Shown: piece after piece, positions 48,118 to 59,160 of the stretch
Layout: the number at the start of each line of letters is the position of its first letter
How positions within the stretch are numbered: the first letter of the stretch is position 1
Origin: Anthoceros angustus
Taxonomy: Eukaryota; Plantae; Anthocerotophyta
Length of the DNA stretch: 64,000 nt
Assembly (NCBI GenBank): GCA_010909165.1
Contig: MU008159.1
Span: forward strand, 868,001-932,000
Reading direction: 5' to 3'
Translations under genes and position numbers: made by a program
The notes under the pieces: generated by a model
The model's database searches: none
What the model saw: the letters and a program-made list of their open reading frames with translations, nothing else
Told to the model about the DNA's origin: nothing

Positions 48118-50910
48118 CAGAAGTGTCATGAGCCGGACTTCGCAAACAGGGAGCAAGTAGGGGAGTACACTTGTACCAAGAGAGACCGTGTCTACTAGTA
48201 AGGGAGCCGGGCTTTTATGCACGGGCTTGCGTAGTACATGCCACATATTGTGGTGGTAGCCTAGCCGTAATCACAGCAAACAGCGGATTATCCAGCCTCT
48301 AATTGCGGAAGACTAAGCGCTATCAAACCTTATCGTGACAAGAAGCGAGGCCACCCCTGGTTGTGCATCATCATCATCCACGTTTTGGGTCATCATGGAC
48401 CCCCCGGAGTAGCAGCGACACGGTCAGAGGTCGGCTATGATGACCTGTGCTCAGCCACCCGGCCATCTGAGGACTCGAGGAGTAGGAGCGCACGTTGAGA
48501 TACTTCTTCCTTGGGCCCGACTGATCCATGTGTTTTCATGTGTGTTTTCATGTGCACACAAGGCACAGGCTCTGCAGGTGGAAAAGTTCGTCCGCCCATG
48601 TGGTATCTTCGTCGAGATCAGGGAGCTGTGGGTAATGGGAATTAATTTGCCACAGTCTGTGTGTATGTGTCTGGAGAGTCTAGTGGTGATGGCTGACTTG
48701 TCACAGTGGCAATAGTACTTTGAGCCTCCGTCCTTGTGTTGCTTTTGAAAAAGGAAGCTCAGAAACTTCGTCTGCAGCATATACAGAGCAAGATATCAAG
48801 GCCACTAGAGTTCAAATGTTTTACTTAGTTAGGCCAAATTAGTGGTATTAGTGTTAAGTCCGATACTGAAAATCGAGGAGGACCACCAGTATTACGGATC
48901 CTTGCAGGCAATAGATGATGAATTGATCTCCAACAAAGGCCTGACTTGCTTTTTGCAGTGATCTGTCACGGCCGTAAGCAGGTATATATCAACATCACGG
49001 GGTCCCATCCCGGGCAATCTAATCTCTTCTGCAGGGCACTCGTGAAACCTCTACTTCGATGTGCAACACTACTGTACAGTTTTCTCGACGGGTCCGGGGC
49101 CTGCCGCCGAGGTGGAGAAGCTCCACACATGTTCATCTCCAGCCTTTTGAATCCGTCTTCAAGCTGATTCCTTTCCACGGAATTTTGCAACATCGTGTCT
49201 GAGTTGAAAGGCATTTCAAGAAGTGCATCCCAATTTGGGACATGGCTGTACAGAGATCTAGAGCTGAGAATTGGTGCAATGAGCAAGCGGTCCTCTACCA
49301 CATTAGGAGTTAGATGATGTTTTGCTCCTGTAAGTGAGCTGCAGTGAGCACTGACGATGAAACAACTGGCTTGTCGCCGCTGAAGCTGATATGCTTCTTG
49401 GGCCATGTATACCTTCCTGGCACCTTCTCAGGAGATTAAGCAACTTGAAGCTTTACACCTTTACATTTGAAGCTTAAAGCAAGCAACTATGAAGGTTAGC
49501 TCGCCCCTTAATTGTCAAACTATCATCTGCATGCAGACGCTCAGTGCACTTCTCCAATTTGGAGAAGCGAGTGTCTGTGAGAGGTTATCCCAGTTCTTTG
49601 ATCAACACACTAATGAACACAGCCCGTGCTGTGTTGCTCCACCTCAAGCCTAAGCCCTTGGGATCCGATTTTATACTTCCAAAGGCTTTCAACACATCAG
49701 GAAAGTTAATTAGGCTTCTTCCGCCTGAGGACGACTACTTCTGTAGAAGAGCAGAGTAGAATCAAAAATTTACCCACCTGGTCATCACCACTAATGATGC
49801 AAAGATATTTGCCCTTGTGTACATAATATAGATGGACAAAATTTTATGTTACCTTCAGGGGGGAGGAAATTCAGACTTTGCTTTATTTTACTCACGCTGC
49901 AAGTGTTCTTGTGCTTCCGATGTATGTAGTGTTCTTCTTGGCATGCTCTCAGGCGAATAACTGTGGCACTGGCATCTTCATGTATAACTCAGCAAGTAAC
50001 TTGAAGTCTAGTGCGCTGGAACGATTTGCCTGCACTATCACAAAGCACTCATAAGAGAGGCGTCCAGGCATTCAGCTGGTGGATCATTCAGAAACATAGC
50101 TCAAGGATTCCCTACGTAGACAGTTCAGAGGTAGGGTTCGAAGCTCTTACTGCTTTGCTTGAAGTGTCCTCCTGCTCACAGGGTACCTGTTACTGTACCA
50201 TGACATGTTTCGCCAGTGGAGGCATTCCAAACTAGCTACTTGTTTGTTCTGATCAAACTTCGTTCCAAAACTTTTTCCGCCGGCAGAGGCGTTAACCCTG
50301 CTCCCACCTTCAGTATTTCTGAAGGTAGGTGCAAGGATAGATCTAAATCAGACTTTCGCACCATTCTTCAGCTTACCACAACCAGCATGCAATGCACTAG
50401 CAACTTGTGCACATACTGTACAACCTGTGTGAAGCAGACCATGGAAGAAGTAAGAGATTTCAGGAGGAAGCCTTTACCAAGTTTCTCTCATACGTTGAGA
50501 TGAGATCCCCGCAGACCTGTACTTCGCATCTTCAGCATATGACGTTGAGAGTCAGTGTCAGCAGGCTCCTGTCTGTTGTATCAACTGATCATGCCTGGTA
50601 CGCAAATTTGTGGTTGCCATATCTGCAGTGCAACTTCTGCGTGCTGAACGGGGTACACTACACGGTAGCAAGACAAAGCTTCCATGAACTTCAAGCATGT
50701 ATCAAAACTGTTGTTGTTCTTGTTTTTTTCTTTCCTACTTACGTTTTTCGAGAATTAAGCATGAAAGCCAACAAGGATCATCCAATCCAGGTGCCTAGAG
50801 CTGGATACGGAAGCTGCTTCTAGGTTTGGATACCAAGTCTCTTCTCGTACACGCCAAATTTTTTGTAAGAAGTTCCCAGGTAAGGATGCCAAACGACGCA
50901 TAACCACCAA

Positions 50911-51630
50911 AGTACGTTGCTCCGAAGTTCCTATCTCAATCGAACTGTAAGTGCCATCTGATTGTCGATGGATTGCAGTGCTCCAGATTGCAGAAGCCTG
51001 TATTGCCCGGTTGTGGCCTTGTAATCTGCTATGCCACATGCAATGTGCAGAGGACGCCGGTGATGGATGGCCTTGCATGGAGATGGACTGCTCAACTGGA
51101 TGAAATGCACATGTCCAGGTTCGTGCTGGACCCGGACGACAACCGTTGACTATTTGAATGGGTGGCATTCTGTGACCTTGTGGCAGTGGTCCGCATATAT
51201 ATATAGCAGACGGTCTCCTTGCGTATCTCAAACTTGTGGTATCAACAGTAGTGTTGCGAGCCTCTTGAAACCACAGGTTTGCAGAAACACCGTTGATACC
51301 AAAGGTTTGAGAAACTGTGACAAAGACCCATCTGCGATACTGACCACAGCCCAAAGGTCACAGTTCACAAGGTGGTTCATGCCACCCATTGAAATAATTG
51401 ATGGTTGTCGTCCGATTGCAGACACAACCTGGACGAGCGCGCTCATCGGGTTGAGCAGCCTGCATCCATGGCAATCCAGCACCGGCGGCATCCGCATTGC
51501 ACGTGGCAGAACAAATTACGTAGAGGCCACACCCGCAATACAAGCGTACACAACATGAATCACCCACTCACGAATTCGACAATTAAATGATACTTACAAC
51601 CAGATTGAGATAGAAACCTGAACACGTACT
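50911..51630. repeat. Imperfect inverted repeat (fold-back) made of two further copies of the 46.9-47.7 kb module
   Basis: Arms ~50911-51256 and ~51285-51630. AGTACGT/ACGTACT at the outer ends, CTATCTCAATC/GATTGAGATAG, and TCTCAAAC..GGTATCAAC/GTTGATACC..GTTTGAGA next to the loop. Confidence 0.8.
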
Positions 51631-52347
51631 TTTGTGTTTAGCCATCGGTTCACACGCTTGCATGGGACGTGCTTGCTTATATTCTCCAACATACGAGTAA
51701 TTACCTCGAATCTGCAAGAGAGTGCGCATATATGAGCTTGGCTGCAAAAAAAATCATATACCCAAGGAACCACAATCTGGGCAAACTAAACTAAAGATAG
51801 CAATATATATAAACTAGCAAACACAGAGCAACTTTCATTTCATTCTCTCTACTTAGCTGCATCTGGTTCAATAATAATGGAGACTAGTTAGTAGCCTGTA
51901 CTCTTACAAAACACAAGAAAAATATATTATACTTATAAATAGAAATCATATTACCTTGATTTTACTAAGTGCTGGAACACTACATATATAGCCTTTGGTT
52001 TGATATAATCTCGCTCACTATAAATTTAATCTCAATCAGATTTCACATAATCCTATTGATTATAAATTAAATTAGATCAAATTTGACATAATCCTTTTAT
52101 TTATATTTTATCATATTTATATTTTTTGATCATTTATGATATATGTATATATCTTGAAAATTAATATCATAGCTTATAACATTAAAAATATCAATCTACT
52201 AACAATCACTCTTTAAATATTTTGAATTAATTAATAATATTTATATTATCTTAGAATTTATTTTCATTTTATAATATATAAAAGATTGAAATATATTTAA
52301 CGGGGAATATAGGAAACTATCCCAAGTAAACTGCCGGGTTTGTTAGG

Positions 52348-52510
52348 TATCTTTATACGTCGGTTCAAGGCATTCACGCTACTAGGTTCATCGTCTATCT
52401 TTATAGATCGGTTCAAGGCAATCACGCTGTTGGGTTTGCGCTCTATATTTATAGATGGGTTCAAGGCAGTCATACTATCAAATTCGCCATCTATCTTTAT
52501 AGATCGGTTC
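52348..52510. repeat. 48-bp tandem repeat, ~3.5 diverged copies
   Basis: Unit approx. TATCTTTATAGATCGGTTCAAGGCAATCACGCT...; gives the 16-aa periodic ORF LNRSIKID. Confidence 0.8.
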
Positions 52511-53636
52511 AGCAAGTATGTGCCTAGTAATGTGTCTCACAACACATTACTAGGCTCCAAGTAGCCCGCCGTCCACTGACGACTCGCAGGCCACCTCCTC
52601 GAGGTGCTGCTCTTTATTACAAGAATACAACGATGGAATCTGGCTATCTACGCCAGCGCCTTGATTCCATGACAAGCTCACTAGCTAGCTCTCCACAGCT
52701 CTCTCAACACAAGGCTTCACGACTCTTGCTGCTCTCTCAAAGAGTGAGTCCCACATGAAACTTATTCCTCAAAGCCCTTGCTCTAGCCCTTATATATCAG
52801 GCTGACCTTAACTAGGCAGTTAAATCTAGGATTCTTACATACCACTAATCACTAAGAGTCCTCTCTAGGCAACTCTTCATTTGTGGCTGCAGCAATTCCT
52901 TTCTAACAAGAGATTGCATGAAGCATGCAACACATGCATCTTCTTAACAGGGCAGCTACTAACTTACCTTTTTACCTTTTTCAACTTTTCACCTTTCTAC
53001 CTTGTTTCACCAGTGCCGTTACTAAAGCAATGCACTAATAAATTGTTTTCTACAAAGCGTCCGTAAAGCCACTTGCCGATGAGGTTTCTTGAGGCTTCGA
53101 GTCGCTTGACGCCTGTGTTACTGTATCATTCAGATATGCGAGAGCGTGTCTCGGAAAGAGCGGTTGTGCAGTGGAGGCGTCTCATCTGAAGCGGCCCGGC
53201 AGCAGTCAGCGTGCGCACATCTCAGCAGGTAGATGCTCCTGATGCAGGCACATGCTGAGTGAAGCGGCGTACGTCTGTGGGGCTTCACTTGAAGCGCGGA
53301 TTTGCAAGGTCGAAAGTGGTGCGGTGCAGCAAACGGAGCTGTGATTTTAGGAGGTGGGATTCGAACTGCTGCTACTCTTGAGGTGAGAGGCCGAGCCGTC
53401 CGGCAACTCGTGCTCGAGGTTTTATGAGGTGCACGCTTGTGGAGTGGATGCTACGAGTTGCCTAGGGTGTTGCATGGCTGGTTCATGGTTGTCTTGCGAG
53501 TTTGGCTGTAGCCGGGATCTGCCTTTGATGGCATGCCGGCTACGCTTGTAGCTTGAAGCGGAACTATTGGATGCTAGGCAGCCGTGTGTGACTGTGTGAA
53601 CTGTTAGCAGAGCTGAGGGCCTTGATTATTGCTTGA

Positions 53637-55457
53637 ATGGACAGGATGGCTGAGGAGAAGGTGTGGTATCACTATAAGTCCGAAGGTCAGTCTGGAATGG
53701 GCTCTTCTGTTCGAGTTGAATCAGGAGCAGATGTGGATGGACTGAGGGATGCAATATGGGAAAAGTCAAAGGAGCAGTTTAAGGTGTTCCTAAACATCAA
53801 GGTGGTTGACAACTTGGAACTATGGAAGGAGGGAGGTACAAAGGCCCTAGAGCTGGACAGGTTCTAACAGGTGGGGTGGATCCAGTGTTTAAAGATGGTG
53901 AAAAGAAGAAAGTTTCTGTCACCCTGTTGGGGCAGAAAACTCGGATCATGCTTTTGTTGTCAGTGACCATCCCTCGTGATCTGGGATCTATAGGTGATGT
54001 CTTGGGTAGGCCTGCCGCAATGAGTTCGAGGAAGAAGCTCACAGTATGGAACTGGCGAAGGCAATCTTAGTCCCGTTTGAGCATGTTCCAAGAACACTTG
54101 ACGAGCTGCGAGATGCCTTAAGTAGTAGGCCTTTGCGGAAACTTCCTTTACATCGCATGTTTTGGAATCGTGTGAAGATGTATGAAGCAGCTAGGAAATC
54201 TTGAATTGGAAAGTTCTCCCACTGCAACAGTTATTTCTTGTTCGGTCGAGCAGCATATTCCGAGTGCATCAAGAAGCATCGCTATGGCACTATGGATTCT
54301 GCCAAAGTAAGGCAGACATTGTGGGATAGGATCTTTTGTGGTTTTTGGGAAACTCTGCTTGAGCTCGCTGAAATTCAGAGTGATCTGGAATATAGTCGGG
54401 ACCAATGTAGTACTAGTAGCCTCTCGTCTGGTAGGAGCAGGAGCTATCTGTCGTTGCTGGTCTATGGCAAGGGGGTAGTATACTTTGAGGAAGATTCAGG
54501 CCGGGCCAGTGATGCTGCACAGCAAGCAAGGAAGAAAGTGAAGACGTGGGATCCTAAGTATTTTAAAGATATGCAATATATGGTTTGTGTAGCTACCAAG
54601 ATGACCCGATTCCTTGTGTTTGCCTCTAGTCCTGGTAAGGATTGGTTTCCTCTTATTAATGCCCAAACAGTAGATTTGATAAGTGGGTTTTGCACAGCCA
54701 TCAAGACTTCTATTAACTTTCTGCGATATGCTCTGACATGGGCTCCTGAGTTGGAAACTACTCCGAGAAAGAAGATTCTGTTTACCGACTCTCAAAAGTA
54801 TGCAGAAAATATCGTCAGAACTATTGATGAGCTACGATTTGGTGTTGTGAAGAAAACCATATTCCCATGGAGTAAACACGAAGAAGCTGGCTACACCAAA
54901 TTGGCTTATGTCCAGAAAGCCATGGAGGAGTTGAAGATCTATGCAGCAGTTCCCCTACTGTGTCAAAGGATTTGTACACAAGCAAACTAAAGCACATGGG
55001 TGTGCAGAAGAGGCCTGTGGATTGTTCGGAACTCAAAGCTTGTTTGGCAGATATTTTAAAGAGTTTGGCAAAGCTGCACAGGGTCAATCTTGTACACAGG
55101 GATATTAGATGGGCTAATATTGTGTATGTACAGATTATCGAGATGTGGTGGCTCATAGACTTTGAAACTGTGTGGGAGTCGGGTCATGTGCCAGAATGCG
55201 CCCTGCACTGCTTTAAAGATGTTTTGGGCCAAGACGAGCCCTTTGATTTGAAGACAGACCTAAAGTTGGTTGGCCGACTCATCAGTGACCTGCGCTCGGA
55301 ATTGGGATGCGATGATTTGCTGGATTTTGAAGGTGATCTTCTGGGAGGCAAGTTTGTTCATGCTGGTGATGCTCTGGAGGCCCTCACTACTACATTTGAG
55401 GATCCAAAACAACGTGTGAAAACAACGCATGTTTGTAAAAAACAACGGAAAAGTTAG
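53637..55457 (+). pseudogene. Crinkler (CRN/CR-effector)-like gene: Ubl-like header + REase-like domain + CR-type protein kinase; disrupted
   Basis: Header KVWYHY..VRVESGADVDGLRDAIWEK..LELWK, linker PRTLDELRDALSSRPLRKLPL, REase-like SRDQ..SGRSR..VVYFEED, and kinase MGVQKRP..ELKACLADILKSLAKLH..VHRDIRWANIV..WWLIDFE..DLKLVG. Intronless, with frameshifts near 53860 and 54960 and an in-frame TGA at 54202-54204. Confidence 0.75.
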
Positions 55458-55599
55458 AAAAACAACGGCCACCCGAACCTAGCTGAAAACAACGAAACGC
55501 CGTTGTTTTCGTTTTGCGTTATTAGGAACCGTTGTTTTTACTAACTCATGTTTAACCCATACCCCTAACCCCGTTCCCGTTCTTTCTTCCCGTTCAACG

Positions 55600-55830
55600 T
55601 TATTGTTGGACGTCCCCGTCCACCGTTCATCATTGTCGTCCAGCGTTCCCGTCCGCCGTTCTCGTCCGCCGTTCCCGTCCGCCGTTCCCGTCCGCCGTTC
55701 TCGTCCGCCGTTCCCGTCCGCCGTTCCCGTCCGCCGTTCTCGTCCGCCGTTCCCGTCCGCCGTTCCCGTCCGTCATTCTCGTCCACCGTTCCCGTTCACC
55801 GTTCCCGTCCGCCGTTCGTATTTACCGTTC
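55600..55830. repeat. CCGTTC(C/T)CGTCCG-type short tandem array in the CACTA left end
   Basis: Reiterated CCGTTCCCGTCCG / CCGTTCTCGTCCG units, giving the ENGGRERRTGTAD periodic ORF. Confidence 0.85.
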
Positions 55831-55965
55831 CCATTCCCCGTTTCTATTATTCCCCCTTTGGGTAATAAAACAATAATTACTCGATAAAAATACTTTACTA
55901 AAAAAATGGGATGATAACAGGGATGCTCCAGGGTCAATTCCACCAGTTTATCTGCAGCCAAGTCA

Positions 55966-56178
55966 TCAAGGACTTCGCCATATCCAAAGAGATCAAACCG
56001 CTCCTCAATAGTATCAACATATCCACAGGGCGAGAAGTGATAGTATAATAATCTCGCCTCAACACCTCGAGCCAAATCATCAAGGACTCGCCATATCCAA
56101 AGTGATCAAACCGCTCCTCAATAGTATGAACATATCCGCAGGCGGTGATAGTATAATAATCTCGCCTCAACACCTCAC
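55966..56178. repeat. ~110-bp direct duplication inside the CACTA
   Basis: ATCAAGGACT(T)CGCCATATCCAAAG...AATCTCGCCTCAACACCTC at ~55966 and ~56079. Confidence 0.85.
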
Positions 56179-57569
56179 CAAATAAAAGAAACAAGCGAAG
56201 TCGACTTCCTTGTCGAATCGCCGCCAGGCTTAAAGGTCACTCAATTCGAAATTCCATGGAGGTATGTAGGGACTTGGTGCTTCTTTACCACAGTTTAGAC
56301 ACAGGAAGTCGATCGGAAGATATGCAACTCATTTGGAAGGAAAACACCAATCGAGGCAAGTGACCTCTCCCTCCTACCATGAACTCTGTACTTGCGAAGG
56401 AGCCTTCAAGATATCCCTTAGCACTTGGTGATCATGCCTTTGGAACAAGAACCGAACCGAGTGTCTTTGAGTTGCAAATTTGTTGGCGAGCGGTAAAATC
56501 ACACTTCCACTCTGCGGCATCCACATTGTGGTCGACACGGATGTTTATGTAGGCGCCATGGTAGGTCTCATACAAGGGCTAGGAAGCACCAATATTGTGA
56601 TGATCCAACGCGATGTGAAAGGGCAGCTGCGCTTCAATCAAACTGTACTGATTGGCAATGAACTAAGATGCCTCCTGTAAAGAACATGACCTAGCATGGT
56701 GTGTATGAAGATGGTAGCCACACTCTACTCAAAAACCTGCAGGAGCAAAAAGATCACCAAGTGGAGGTAACGATCTTCTATCTGCAGCGGTGAGGAGGCG
56801 ATTATGGACTCTTTGTGCTTTAAGAAGGCTGTCAAGGCACTCTCGAGTTTAGGTGAGGAATGAAATCAACCCAGGGATACCTACCTACCAAGTGGGCGTC
56901 GTCGGACCGACAAGCCGATCCTCACACTTGGATACAAGCGGCACCCAAAGTATCTTCATAGCCGGATGACAGGCGAAAGCCAGGTGAGGCGGAGCACAAT
57001 TGGGCCACTAAGTCCCAGTGCGTTACGAGTGGACCACCACGTGATTACAAGTTCCATGTCCTTATGTCCGATTCTGAGATGTGCTTGTTTGCAAGCATCT
57101 TGGGAAGGGACGGGAAAGCATCTGGCCAATGACCAAGGACATGTCATGCGACCGAGAGCGAAATAGCACAACAGGCGCTCTCGACCAAGTACCTCAAGCC
57201 GTTGAGCCTCAGGGAGGGCAATCCACTATGGTGGTGTTGCTAGCGGGAACATGCGACCATCCTCCTCAATATGCTTTTCCGCCACCACTATCATCTTCGG
57301 GGTGGCCAAAAGCAAGCCGATAGTATGGATTGATTTCATATCTTGATGGTACTCCATGTTCAAGAAACCAAGCTGCGGTTTCCACAGGCCCGTGAGTACG
57401 AAAGAAGGACCCCAGGCTCCTTGTGGCCACAGGATATTGCTTTGACAAAGGCTAATGGAGGAGGCCATCCAAGCAAAGGTCATTGAAAGTTGCCCGACAA
57501 GTTGGCTTCCGTTGCAAACCATCATCCATCCTTCATAGTAGCGTGATGAAGTCCTACACTGTTGTTTCA

Positions 57570-59160
57570 CCTAGCGAGTTTTACCAGGAAGGTGTGAGGT
57601 GCTTAAGAGTGCGGGGTGTAAGATCTGAGAAATGGCAGTGGAACTCATGCACGATTTGCAAGCCTTGCAGGCTTCCGTGTCCACACCACCATGGTGCCAC
57701 AGTGGGCAGTGGAATGGAGACTCACGGTGAGGAGGCAGGGCTCTGCGCTCCCAGCCGTTGTGAGGCGAGCGATGATCTTTTACCGGTCAGCCAGGCGCAT
57801 GGCGAATCGATTGGAGAGGTTCACAAGTTCGACATGCGGCGAGAGCGAGGTTAGTCTCCATGAGAACCATGCGTAGAAAAGAATTCGCACTCTAGCCAGA
57901 CACTATAGTGAGGGTTAGAAATCTACGGTCGTCATCATCCAGTGCACGGATGACACCGGTAGCGTCGTCTCGATCGGTGGTCTTTGGGCTGTCTTTCTGG
58001 GCCGCAATGTTAAATCTGGAAGTTAAATCGGACTAGGAGGCGGCCGACATAGACATTGCAACTTGTAAACTTTCGGTGGCCCAACAAGCGTCTCTTCCTG
58101 GACATTTTCATCTCCAAAGACCAGTTCTTCTCATCCTCGACTTCCGGGCTTGACAACTTCTTTCGCTTGGCAATTCACTCTTTCTGAAGAGTAAGTTTGT
58201 CGGGACAATGAACTTCAGTTGAAACTCATGGAGCGACAAATACTCAACTTTCTATGCCCTTGTTCCTCACACGAGGATTGTGAGTATGTAATTTCTAGTT
58301 GAAATCAATCGGAGGCTAAACTCTTTGAAGCGAGATCAATAAGTGATCTTGATAGAAGAAGCAACATGGTGCCCCACCACAGTTTTACCAGGAAGGTGTG
58401 AGGTACAAGAGCGGGGTGTAAGATATGTAAATGGCGTAGGAACTCATGCACGATTTGCAAGCCTTGCAGGCTTCCGTGTCCACACCACCATGGTGCCGCA
58501 CACCGTGCCGAATGGAGACTCACAGTGAGGAGGCAGGGCTCTGCGCTCCCGCACGTGTGAGGCAGACGATGATGTCCGACACCGGTCGGGCGTGTTGCAT
58601 GGGCCAGTTGGAGAGGTTCACAAGTTCGACACTGTGGCCAGAGCGAGGTTAGTCTCAGGAACCATGCGTAGAAAAGAATTCGCACTCTAGCCAAGACTAT
58701 AGTGAGGGTTAGAAATCTACGGTCGTCATCATCCGAGACACCCGGATGACACGCGTCGTCTCGATCGGTGGTCTTTGGAGGGTTCTTTGCCGGAACTGCA
58801 ATATTGAACAAATACAGGAAGTTCTGACTAGGAGGCACGACATAGACATTGCAACTTGTAAACTTTCGGTGGCCCAACAAGCGTCTCTTCTGGACATTTT
58901 CATCTCAAAGACCAGTTCTCCTCGACTTCGAGGCTTGACAACTTCTTTCGCTGATAAATTCAACGCGAGAGTAAGTTTGTCGGGACAATGAACATAACAT
59001 GAAACTCATGGAGCGACAAATACTCAACTTTCTATGCCCTTGTTCACACGAGGATTGTGAGTATGTAATTTCTAGTTGAAATCAATCGAGGCTAAACTCT
59101 TTGGTGAGAGATCAATAAGTGATCTTGATAGAAGAAGCAACATGGCGCCCACCACAGTTT
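57570..59160. repeat. ~790-bp tandem duplication inside the CACTA
   Basis: GTTTTACCAGGAAGGTGTGAGGT at ~57577 and ~58382; CACGATTTGCAAGCCTTGCAGGCTTCCGTGTCCACACCACCATGGTGCC twice; GAGATCAATAAGTGATCTTGATAGAAGAAGCAACATGG at ~58333 and ~59109. Confidence 0.9.

Noticed and set aside
55565-55887. Repeat-encoded proteins (ENGGRERRTGTAD; PVRRSRPPFPSA)
   Set aside because: Translations of the CACTA subterminal tandem array, not genes.
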